64,000 nt of DNA from an uncultured delta proteobacterium (GTDB lineage Bacteria > Myxococcota_A > Polyangia > Polyangiales > Polyangiaceae): NCBI GenBank assembly GCA_963841435.1, contig CAWJCS010000005.1:512001-576000 (forward strand). Direction: 5' to 3'. A program made the translations under genes and the position numbers. This document shows, one piece after another, positions 1 to 8,777 of the stretch. The notes below the pieces were generated by a model, which searched no databases, was not told the origin of the DNA, and was given only the letters and a program-made list of their open reading frames with translations. How positions within the stretch are numbered: the first letter of the stretch is position 1; each line of letters opens with the position of its first letter.

Positions 1-2
1 AC

Positions 3-2114
3 CGTCCGCAGACGGCGGCGCTGCGCGGCCGCTACGACGCGCTGAGTGACGCCATGCGCGCCACGACGCGGGCGCGGGTGGTCGCCAGCGTCGTCGAGCG
101 AGCGAGCCTACGCGCGCCGGCGCTCGTCGTCGTCGAGGACGTGCACTGGGCCGATCCGAGCACGCTCGTGGAGCTTGCCATGGTCGCTGCGAGCGCGCGC
201 GCGGCGCGCATCCTGTTGCTCGTCACCGCGCGCAGCGAGGGAGACCCGCTCGACACGGCGTGGCTCGCCCGCACCGAAGGGGTCGCGTTCGAACGCATCG
301 ACCTCTTGCCGCTCGACGCGAGCGCCGCCCAGAAGCTCGCCGAGCATCTCGGCGCGCCGGACTCGCGCAGGCTCCGGGCGTGCGTCGAGCGCTCGGGGGG
401 CAATCCGCTGTTTCTCGAGCAGCTCCTCACGAGCGACACCGAGGGCGTGCTGCCCGATTCCGTCCAGAGCCTGGTGCAGGCCCGCATGGATCGCCTGGCA
501 CCCGCCGACAAGCGAGCGCTCCAGGCCGCCGCCGTGATCGGCCAGCGTTTTTCGCTCGAGCTCGTGCGCCACCTGCTCGGCGAGCCGGAGTACGGCCCCG
601 CCGGGCTCGTCGAGCGCGACCTCGTCCGGCCGGCGGGCGACGCCTGGCTCTTCGCGCACGCTCTCGTGCGCGACGGCGTCTACTCGTCGTTGCTCAAGCA
701 GGCGCGGCGCGAGCTGCACAGGCGCGCTGCCACGTGGTTCGGCAGCTCGGACCCGGGACTGCGCGCCGAGCATCTCGATCGCGCCGAGGATCCCGCCGCG
801 CCGAGCGCCTACGCCGCCGCTGCCGGGGAGCGCGTCGAGGCGCTCGACTACGACCGCGCGCTCGTCTTGCTCCGACGCGGCGCGGAGCTCGCAACGCGAC
901 CCGAGGACGTGCACGCCCTCGCCCAGCGCGAAGGCGAGCTGATGCTTTACCGCGCCGAGCCCGACGCTGCGAAGGCAGCGTTCGAGCGGGCCCTCACGCA
1001 CGCCACGAGCGACCTTTCGCGCTGCCGCGCCTTCATCGGGCTCGCCGACGCGCACCGCATCGTGCAGGCCACCCCCGAGGGTCACGCGGCGCTCGACCAG
1101 GCACTCGCGCTCGTCGCGCAAAGCGGCATGGACAGCGAGCTTTCCCGCATCCACCGCATTCGCGGCTCGCTGCTTTTCACGCTGGGCAAAGACGGGCACG
1201 AGGAGCAGGAGCTCGCGCTCGAGCACGCCGTCAGCGCCGGCGACCTCGAGCTCGAAGCGCGCGCCTTGAGCTGCCTGGGTGACGCCTTTTATCTGCTCGG
1301 GCGCTCGCGCGTCGCGCACGACTACTTTCAACGCTGCATCGACCTCTGCCGCCGTCAGGGCCTGGGGCGCGTCGAGCTCTACCAGCACTACATGCTGGGC
1401 ATCACGCGCATGTTCATGGGCGACCTTCGCGGTGGGCTGCTCGCCGTCTTGCACGGGCTCGAGCTCGCGAGCCGCGCGGGACACCGCCGTGCCGAGATGA
1501 TCGCGCGCGAAAGCAAGTGCCTCATCCAGATCCAGATGGGCGCCTTCGAGGACGCACTCGCCGAGTCCGAGCTCGCGCTCGAGCTCGCGCGCGCCACCGG
1601 CTCGCGCATGTTCGAGGGCATGCTGCTCACCGAGCGCGCCGAAGCGCTCCTCATGCTCGGCCAAGAAGAGGCCGCGCGAAGGGACCTTTCGAGCTGCAAA
1701 GCCCTCGAGCCGGCTGCCGACTGGTGGTTGGTCGGCCCGCTTTCGTATTCGCTCGAGGTCTTTTTCGTCGCCGACGAGGCCGAGGCCGAACGCACCCTGT
1801 CGCTGGCCCAGCAAGGGCTGTCGGCGTCGCCGCGCGGGCTCATGGCGCTCTTTTTCCACGCGCGCGCCGCCGACGCCTGCCTCGCACGCGGCTACGTCAA
1901 TCTCGCGGAAAGCCAGGCCAAGCTCGCGCTCTCGAGCGCCGAAGACGCACCGCTCGTCAACCTCCTGGCCCGGCGCACGCTTGCGCTCGTCGAGCATCGC
2001 CGGGGCTCGCGCGATCCCGAGCTCATCGCGCGGCTCGCGGGTTACCGCAGCGAGGCGGAACGTATCGGCCTCGTGCCCACTGTCGCGCTCATCGACCGAG
2101 CGCTCGCGTCCTAG
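3..2114 (+). CDS. 5'-truncated STAND/AAA ATPase with TPR-like helical repeats (adenylate cyclase-associated ATPase type)
   Basis: Frame is open from the window edge. Walker B-like VVVEDVHWAD, GGNPLFLEQL and FAHALVRDGVY motifs are followed by TPR-like repeats. Confidence 0.8.
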   Translation, partial: RPQTAALRGRYDALSDAMRATTRARVVASVVERASLRAPALVVVEDVHWADPSTLVELAMVAASARAARILLLVTARSEGDPLDTAWLARTEGVAFERIDLLPLDASAAQKLAEHLGAPDSRRLRACVERSGGNPLFLEQLLTSDTEGVLPDSVQSLVQARMDRLAPADKRALQAAAVIGQRFSLELVRHLLGEPEYGPAGLVERDLVRPAGDAWLFAHALVRDGVYSSLLKQARRELHRRAATWFGSSDPGLRAEHLDRAEDPAAPSAYAAAAGERVEALDYDRALVLLRRGAELATRPEDVHALAQREGELMLYRAEPDAAKAAFERALTHATSDLSRCRAFIGLADAHRIVQATPEGHAALDQALALVAQSGMDSELSRIHRIRGSLLFTLGKDGHEEQELALEHAVSAGDLELEARALSCLGDAFYLLGRSRVAHDYFQRCIDLCRRQGLGRVELYQHYMLGITRMFMGDLRGGLLAVLHGLELASRAGHRRAEMIARESKCLIQIQMGAFEDALAESELALELARATGSRMFEGMLLTERAEALLMLGQEEAARRDLSSCKALEPAADWWLVGPLSYSLEVFFVADEAEAERTLSLAQQGLSASPRGLMALFFHARAADACLARGYVNLAESQAKLALSSAEDAPLVNLLARRTLALVEHRRGSRDPELIARLAGYRSEAERIGLVPTVALIDRALAS

Positions 2115-3902
2115 GCGCGACCCTGCCGCACCCTCCAGAACCGGCAGACGACGAGCAAGCCGAGCACGACGAGGAACGACGGCACGCCGCTCGTACCGCT
2201 CGCGCCTGGAACGACGGCGCAGCCACCGCGCGACTTCGCGTGGCTCCCCGACGGCGCTGCCGCCGCCGGCCGAGCGCTCGAAATGGGCGGCTCGGGCGCC
2301 TTTTCTCGCGACGGGAGCTTCTCGAAATCTGCACCGAGCTCGGGCAACGGCAGCTCGAGCACGTCGGTGAGGAGCGCACGGTCGCGTGATTTTTCGGGAA
2401 GATCGAGCGCCAGCGGGACGGCACGGGCGGCGCGCGCTGCCGACGGCCAGGGCTTGCCCCAGCGAAAACGCACGGGAGCCGTGCAGTCGGTCGGGCCGAG
2501 GAACGGGTGAAACGCGGCGAAGCGCACCTCGAGCGCGTTGTCTTTCGCGGGCGTCGCGGGCCCCTTTAGCGCGCCGTTCGCGCCCGAGGGGACGCCGGAG
2601 CCCCCGCCCACGGGCGGCGCTGGGCCGAGCGTCACGTCGCGGGGCAGCGCGTCGGGCGCATAGCGATAATGCAGGCGCGACACGACGTACGTCTGGCGCG
2701 CCATGAGCGCGCGGCGCCGCGCGATCTCGACGCGGTCCTTCGCGTGCTCACGTCGCGCGCGCGGTCGTTCGGTCGGGGCGAGCGCCTCGAGCTGGTCGTC
2801 GAAGGCGCGGCGCTCGCTCGCCGTTTCCCGGGCGGCCGGCGGGACGCGCTCCTTGTCCGTCGTCGTGCGCGCCTCCATGACATCGCCGCCGAGCGTCAAA
2901 AGCTCGTCGAGCCCGAGCGGGGCGTCGGGGCAAGGCTCGCCGCAGCCCATGCTGGGCCAGGCATACTCGGCGACGAACGCACGCGGATGCCGCGCGACGA
3001 GCGCGTCGAAAAGGGCGTTGTATGCGCCGGCCACGCGCGCCGCGGCGCCCTCGCGGACGACGAGCGAGCTCGGTGGCAAGACCGTTTCGTAGCTCTTCGC
3101 TTCGTAGCGCGACTCACGGTCGAGGACGTAGACGAAGAGGTCCTGCACGCCGGGTGAATGACGCGTCCCGAGCGTCGAAGCGATGGGCGGAAGCGGCCGA
3201 TGCGACACGTAGCGGATGCCGCCGAGCTCCACTCGGTTCTTACCCTTGAGCTCGACGTGCTCGAGCGACACCCTGGCGAGCAGCAGGCGCTTTTGGGGGC
3301 CGACGTAGGGCGCGAGCGCGGCGAGCGCCTCGTCCGCAACGTCGTACTCTCGCTTCGTGAGCGCTTCGCGCAGGCGCTCGAGGCTCTCGCCGGAAAGGAG
3401 CTCGTACGAAAACTCGCTCTCCTTTGCCTTGAACGAAGGCTCGACAGCGAGCGAAAGCTCGTTCGAGACCGCGTAGCGCCGGTCGAGCGGCGGCAGCCAA
3501 TCGGGCGTCAAGAAGCCGCGCCCGCGCGCGGGGTGTCGCTCGTCCCAGGACTGCTCAGAAGCGCCCGTCTCGCAGGGATCCTTTTCGTAGAAGGCATGAA
3601 AACGCGGCGCGCTGGTTTCCTCGAGCCGGGAAATCAGCCGGCGCTTCACCGTCTCCACGTGCCCCGCGTCCACGTCGCCGGGCACGGGCAAGAGGAAAGC
3701 GAACGGCGTGAGCGGCCCCTCGTAGTCGGCCGCCACGGTCACGACGACGTAGCCACGATGCTCGAGCACGACGACTTCCGTCGTCGGCACGTGCCGCACG
3801 GCGCGATCCTTCGCGATGACCACGCCCGGAAACGCCAGCAAAGGCGGTGCCGCGAGCAGTAAAAGCACGGCGAAGAGCAGCGCGACACAGGGCGCGCCGC
3901 AA
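2111..3902 (-). CDS. DUF2330-like secreted protein with C-terminal MYXO-CTERM-like anchor (start uncertain)
   Basis: Contains DYEGPLTPFAFLLPVP, SAPRFHAFYEKDPC, AFVAEYAW and VVSRLHYRY. Tail is GGCAVVPG + hydrophobic helix + Arg-rich end. First in-frame GTG near the signal peptide is at 3868; see finding on the start. Confidence 0.7.
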
Positions 3903-3947
3903 CGACCGAGCGCGGGCCGACCGGCGGCAGCGGCGCCGCCCGGCGCG

Positions 3948-4649
3948 CTATTCGTCTTCGAGCATACCGATCTTGGCGTCGTACTGCATCGGCCCCTGCT
4001 CGGGGTCGTTGACGACGATCGTGTAGTCGTTCGGCAGAGCAATCGACAGCGTGCGCGGCACGCGCGCCATGGGCGCGATACCCTTGTCCTTGCCGATCAG
4101 GTTCAGCTTGATGCTGTCGTTCGTCTCCTCTCCGGGCTGGTACTGCACCTTGTGCCACTTCAGGAGATTGCCCTTGTAGCGGTTGTATGTAACCCACCAA
4201 AGCGCCCCCGAAGACTCCTTGATGAAGCGCACGGATTCGACGGCTACCTTGCCGCGCGCCTTCTCCATGCACGCCGCCATCTCGCGCGGCGCATCCTGTG
4301 CTTCCTCGGCGCAGCGCTCGCGTGCGGCCTGACCGACGGCGGACTCCTTGAAGTTGAACATGTAGACGAGGTTCGGGCCCGTGATGAGCTCGGCAGGCGG
4401 GCGGCTCGGCTTCCTGAGCCCGTCGGCGCGCGGATCGGCCTCGGACGGCTCCGACGCCGTGGCCGCTCGTGTTTCCGCCTGGGCTGGCTTCGGGTCGGGT
4501 TTCGCGGCGTGAGCGACGGCCTTTTCGGGCGTCGCGGGGGGCTTTTCCGGCGCGGCGGCGCAGCCGGGGGCGAGAGAGGCGAGAATGAGGGCTTGGGGCA
4601 ACGTGGGGAACGTGGGGAACGTGGGGAACGTGGGGAACGTGATTCGCAT
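3948..4649 (-). CDS. Hypothetical lipoprotein
   Basis: ATG at 4649 and lipobox-like LAPG-C, then a Pro/Ala linker and a globular C-terminal domain with GC-typical codon use. Confidence 0.7.
   Translation of the reverse strand: MRITFPTFPTFPTFPTLPQALILASLAPGCAAAPEKPPATPEKAVAHAAKPDPKPAQAETRAATASEPSEADPRADGLRKPSRPPAELITGPNLVYMFNFKESAVGQAARERCAEEAQDAPREMAACMEKARGKVAVESVRFIKESSGALWWVTYNRYKGNLLKWHKVQYQPGEETNDSIKLNLIGKDKGIAPMARVPRTLSIALPNDYTIVVNDPEQGPMQYDAKIGMLEDE
4595..4640 (+). repeat. 9-bp tandem repeat (AACGTGGGG)x4 with five GGGG tracts
   Basis: Read directly. Encodes (TFP)n at the N-terminus of the minus-strand lipoprotein. Confidence 0.9.
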
Positions 4650-4834
4650 GAGCCTTTGGTTCGACCTCGGCCGGCGGGCGCCGAGGGCTCCTTCGACCAC
4701 TACTACGGCGCGAAACCTTCGTGCTTGAAGCGGAGACCACGAGAAAGGTGGGAGGTTCGCGGCGTTTGGGAGCCGCTTTGCCCACGCGCGCCCACCTCGC
4801 CCGCGCGCTGGGGTGGTTTTGCTACGCTTCGAGC

Positions 4835-6265
4835 ATGCTGCTCGGTCGCCCCGACCTGCCCCGACCGTCCGAGAGTGCGCGGGAAAAAGCACTCCTGCTA
4901 CTCGAACGCGCGCTCGGGCCTTCGAAAGTCCTCACGGGCGACGACAAGGTGCACGCCTACGCGCGCGACGAGTCGGAGGCAGAGGGCACCGGTCCCGATG
5001 CCGTCGTTCTCGCCGAAACCGCCGAGGACGTCCTCGCGGCGCTCGGCGTCGCCCGCGAGGCGAACGTGCCGATCACGCCCCGCGCCGGCGGCACCGGCCG
5101 CACGGGAGGCGCCGTGCCCGTCGCGGGGGGCATCGTGCTCGCCACGATGGGCATGAACGCCATCAAGGACATCGACCGACAGAACGGAATCGCCGTGGTC
5201 GGGCCGGGCGTCGTGCTCGCTGATCTCCACGCCGCCGTCGAGGCCGAAGGCTGGTTCTACCCGCCGGATCCGAACTCGCTCGCGACCTGCTGCCTCGGCG
5301 GCAACGTCGCCGAGAACGCGGGTGGCCCCCGCGCCTTCAAGTACGGCGTGACGCGCGACTGGGTGCTCGGCGTCGAAGCGTTCCTGATCGGAGGCCAGCG
5401 ATTCTTCGCGGGGCGGCGCACCACGAAGGGCGTGACGGGCTACGACGTGACGGGGCTACTCGTCGGCAGCGAAGGCACGCTCGCGGTGTTCGGCGACATC
5501 ACGCTGCAGCTCATGCCGAAGCCGCCCGAGGTGATGACGCTGCTCGTGCTCTTCGACGACGTGCGTGCCGCGGGCGAGGCCGTTCAGTCCGCGATCGGGC
5601 AAGGGCTCGTGCCACGCTGTGTCGAGCTGCTCGACGCCGCCACGCTCGACGCCATGCGCCGTGCCGGCAACGCCATCGACGACCGCGCGGGGGCGATGCT
5701 GCTCGTCGAAGTCGACGGCGACACCACGGCGTGCGAGCGGCAAGCCGAGCGCTTCGCGGCCGCCGCCGAAACCGCAGGGGCCCTCGAGGTGCTCGTGGCG
5801 CAGGACGCGAGCCAGCGCGAGAGGCTCTGGTCCGCTCGCCGCGACATGAGCCACGCCGTGCGCAAGCTCACGAAGAAGAAACTCAGCGAGGACGTCGTCG
5901 TGCCGCGCAGCCGCATCGTCGAGCTACTCGACACGGTGCGCGTCCTCGGCGAGAGCGAGCGCGTGAAAATGCTCACCTACGGGCACGCCGGTGACGGCAA
6001 CCTGCACGTCAACTTCCTCTGGGACGACGACGCCGAGGTGCCGGCCGTCGAGCGTGCCATCGAAGCGCTGTTCCGCGAGGTCATCCGGCTCGGCGGCACG
6101 CTGAGCGGTGAGCACGGTATCGGCGTGCTCAAGGCGCCCTACCTACCGCTCGAGCAGTCGCCGGAGCTCATCACGCTTCAGCGCGACTTGAAGCGCGTGT
6201 TCGACCCGGGCGACCTTTTGAACCCGGGCAAGATCTTCCCGAGCGGCGCGCACCGCGCCTGCTGA
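4835..6265 (+). CDS. FAD-linked oxidase, GlcD/D-lactate dehydrogenase family
   Basis: YPPDPNS, GGNVAENAGGPRAFKYG, GSEGTL, GHAGDGNLH, GEHGIG and LNPGKI motifs. Confidence 0.9.
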   Translation: MLLGRPDLPRPSESAREKALLLLERALGPSKVLTGDDKVHAYARDESEAEGTGPDAVVLAETAEDVLAALGVAREANVPITPRAGGTGRTGGAVPVAGGIVLATMGMNAIKDIDRQNGIAVVGPGVVLADLHAAVEAEGWFYPPDPNSLATCCLGGNVAENAGGPRAFKYGVTRDWVLGVEAFLIGGQRFFAGRRTTKGVTGYDVTGLLVGSEGTLAVFGDITLQLMPKPPEVMTLLVLFDDVRAAGEAVQSAIGQGLVPRCVELLDAATLDAMRRAGNAIDDRAGAMLLVEVDGDTTACERQAERFAAAAETAGALEVLVAQDASQRERLWSARRDMSHAVRKLTKKKLSEDVVVPRSRIVELLDTVRVLGESERVKMLTYGHAGDGNLHVNFLWDDDAEVPAVERAIEALFREVIRLGGTLSGEHGIGVLKAPYLPLEQSPELITLQRDLKRVFDPGDLLNPGKIFPSGAHRAC

Positions 6266-6277
6266 CGGCCGAGACGC

Positions 6278-6991
6278 ATGGCTGAGCGTCGTCGCCCCGC
6301 GCTGATCCCCCCGGGCGGGCCGCTCGTTTTTCCGAAACCGGAGCAGGCCGACAAGGATGGCCTGGTGGCCGTGGGCGGGGACCTCGAGCCCGAGCGCCTG
6401 CTTCTCGCGTACGAACGGGGGATTTTTCCCTGGTATGGCGAGCGGCTGCCGCCCCTGTGGTGGAGCCCCGATCCGCGCGCGCTCATCGACGAAACGTCGC
6501 TCCATGTTTCGCGTCGCTTCGCCCGCGAGCTCGGGCAACGGCGCTTCGAGGTGACGTTCGACCGGGCATTTTCGCGCGTCATGGAGGAATGCGGGCGCGA
6601 GCGCGGCGACGGAACCTGGATCTTGCCGGAAATGCTGCACGCCTACACACGCCTTCACGAGCTCGGCCACGCGCACAGCTTCGAAGTGTGGCGCGACGGG
6701 GCCCTCGTCGGCGGGCTCTACGGCGTGCACCGCGGCTCCCTGTTTGCTGCAGAAAGCATGTTCCATCGAGAAACCTCCGCGTCGAAGGTGGCGCTCGTCG
6801 CGGCGGTTCGGAGCTTGTTCGGCGCAGGTATCACGCTGTTCGACGTGCAGTTCTTGACGCCCCATCTTGCCTCGATGGGCGCCTACGAGGTGTCGCGCGA
6901 CGAGTACCTGTCGCGCGTGCGAAGAGCGACCCAAAGCGCGGTCCCGCTCCGAAACCTGGAGCTCGTAGGCCTTGGCGGGCCAGATGCATGA
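6278..6991 (+). CDS. aat: Leucyl/phenylalanyl-tRNA-protein transferase
   Basis: GLVAVGGDL, AYERGIFPW, WWSPDPR, LVGGLYGV, ESMFH and ASKVAL motifs. Confidence 0.95.
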   Translation: MAERRRPALIPPGGPLVFPKPEQADKDGLVAVGGDLEPERLLLAYERGIFPWYGERLPPLWWSPDPRALIDETSLHVSRRFARELGQRRFEVTFDRAFSRVMEECGRERGDGTWILPEMLHAYTRLHELGHAHSFEVWRDGALVGGLYGVHRGSLFAAESMFHRETSASKVALVAAVRSLFGAGITLFDVQFLTPHLASMGAYEVSRDEYLSRVRRATQSAVPLRNLELVGLGGPDA

Positions 6992-7063
6992 CCTGTTCCG
7001 CCTGGCTTATGCTACCTAGTCCTTTGCCGAGCGTCGCTCGGCCTTACGCGAAAGGACACCCCC

Positions 7064-7765
7064 ATGAGGACCCTGCTTTTTCCGACGCTCGCTGCTCTCG
7101 CCCTGTCGCTGCCGCTCGGTACGGCATGCAGCAGTGGTGACGACGACACGAACGCAACCGGAGGTGGGGCGGGCACGGGCGGTGCGACCGGCGGCTCGAG
7201 CGGCGCCGGCTCAGGAACGGGCGGCACCGCGGGCGTTGGCGGCAGCTCGGGCACGAGTGGCACCTCCGGTTCCGGTGGCACTGCAGGCGCAGGCGGCGCG
7301 GCGGGCACGGCAGGCACGGCGGGCAGCGCCGGCTCCGGTGCGACCGAGTCGCCGAGCGATACGTCCCAGGCCGGCCTCGAGGCGTTCCTCGACGCCATGA
7401 TGTACACGGGCGCCGACTGGGTGAGCGGCACGGATGCGATAAACCCCGACAGCGGGTCGCTGCACGGCGCGGATCGCATCTACTACAACAAGACGATGCG
7501 CCAAGACCACGCCGCCAGCACCACTCCGGCGACGGCCGGCAGCATGGCCGTCAAGGAGATCTACACCGGCACCACGATGATCGGCCGGGCCGCCATGCTC
7601 CGCACCAGCGCCAACCAGTGGATCTACTACTGCAAGGCCGGCGAGGCGGGCCGCTGTGCATCGACCTCGATGCCCGACATGGCCATCTACGGCACGAGCG
7701 CGAGCAGCTGCGCCTGCCACGGCTCGGGGACCATCAACAGCGCCGCCATGATCCCCCCGCCCTGA
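7064..7765 (+). CDS. Lipoprotein with Gly/Thr/Ser linker and cytochrome P460-like C-terminal domain (CXCH)
   Basis: Lipobox LGTA-C, GSMAVKEIY motif and terminal SSCACHG. Confidence 0.6.
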   Translation: MRTLLFPTLAALALSLPLGTACSSGDDDTNATGGGAGTGGATGGSSGAGSGTGGTAGVGGSSGTSGTSGSGGTAGAGGAAGTAGTAGSAGSGATESPSDTSQAGLEAFLDAMMYTGADWVSGTDAINPDSGSLHGADRIYYNKTMRQDHAASTTPATAGSMAVKEIYTGTTMIGRAAMLRTSANQWIYYCKAGEAGRCASTSMPDMAIYGTSASSCACHGSGTINSAAMIPPP

Positions 7766-7784
7766 TGAAATTTTCCGAATTTCA
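7766..7784. promoter_or_regulatory. AT-rich inverted repeat TGAAATT-N5-AATTTCA upstream of cysD (candidate operator)
   Basis: Perfect 7-bp dyad in an AT-rich intergenic patch; function is inferred. Confidence 0.35.
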
Positions 7785-7841
7785 ATAACTTGCAGGTACC
7801 CGACCTACCCGATTGATTGAGTGCTACAAAGTCGGGCGCCC

Positions 7842-8777
7842 ATGCCGCCCGACAGCACGGCCGAACGGCTCCTCGATCATCGACTGAGCCACCTTCGAGC
7901 TCTCGAGTCCGAGAGCATCCACATCCTGCGCGAGGTCGCCGCGGAGTTCGAGCATCCCGTGATGCTCTACTCGATCGGCAAGGACTCCTCCGTGATGCTG
8001 CATCTCGCGAGGAAGGCCTTTCACCGCGGCAAGCTGCCCTTCCCGCTGCTCCACATCGACACGACGTGGAAGTTCAAGGCGATGATCGAGTTCCGCGATC
8101 GCACCGCGAAGGAGCTCGGCCTCGACCTCAAGGTGCACACCAACCAGCAGGGGGTCGCCGACAACATCAACCCCTTCGACCACGGTAGCAACAAGTACAC
8201 GCAGGTCATGAAGACGCAGGCGCTGCTGCAAGCGCTCGCGCTCGGGGGTTACGACGCTGCTTTCGGCGGCGCGCGGCGCGACGAGGAGCGCTCGCGCGCC
8301 AAGGAGCGCATCTACTCGTTCCGTGATCGCTACGGGCAGTGGGATCCGAAGAACCAGCGCCCCGAGCTCTGGAACCTCTACAACGCCAAGCTCAACAAGG
8401 GCGAGAGCATCCGGGCCTTCCCGCTCTCGAACTGGACCGAGCTCGACATCTGGCTCTACATCTACCTCGAGAGCATCCCGATCGTGCCGCTCTACTACGC
8501 CGCGCCGCGCCCGGTCGTCGAGCGCCAGGGCACGCTGCTCATGGTGGACGACGAGCGCATCCCGCTCCGCCCGGGCGAGAAACCACGCACCGAGGTCGTG
8601 CGCTTCCGCACGCTCGGCTGCTACCCGCTCACGGGCGCCATCCGCTCGAACGCCACGACTCTGCCGGAAATCATCCGCGAAATGCTGCTCACCAAGTATT
8701 CCGAACGCCAGGGCCGGCTCATCGACTTCGACGAGGAAGGCTCGATGGAGACCAAGAAGCGCGAGGGGTACTTCTGA
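7842..8777 (+). CDS. cysD: Sulfate adenylyltransferase subunit 2
   Basis: [44 protein letters not shown] and terminal KKREGYF. Confidence 0.97.
   Translation: MPPDSTAERLLDHRLSHLRALESESIHILREVAAEFEHPVMLYSIGKDSSVMLHLARKAFHRGKLPFPLLHIDTTWKFKAMIEFRDRTAKELGLDLKVHTNQQGVADNINPFDHGSNKYTQVMKTQALLQALALGGYDAAFGGARRDEERSRAKERIYSFRDRYGQWDPKNQRPELWNLYNAKLNKGESIRAFPLSNWTELDIWLYIYLESIPIVPLYYAAPRPVVERQGTLLMVDDERIPLRPGEKPRTEVVRFRTLGCYPLTGAIRSNATTLPEIIREMLLTKYSERQGRLIDFDEEGSMETKKREGYF

Noticed and set aside
7140-7345. Gly/Ser/Thr-rich stalks here and in the 16035, 45581, 52643 and 60503 genes as extra rSAM substrates
   Set aside because: These are common myxobacterial linkers and lack the YGxPP motif. The IYG near the end of the 7064 gene is in a globular domain.
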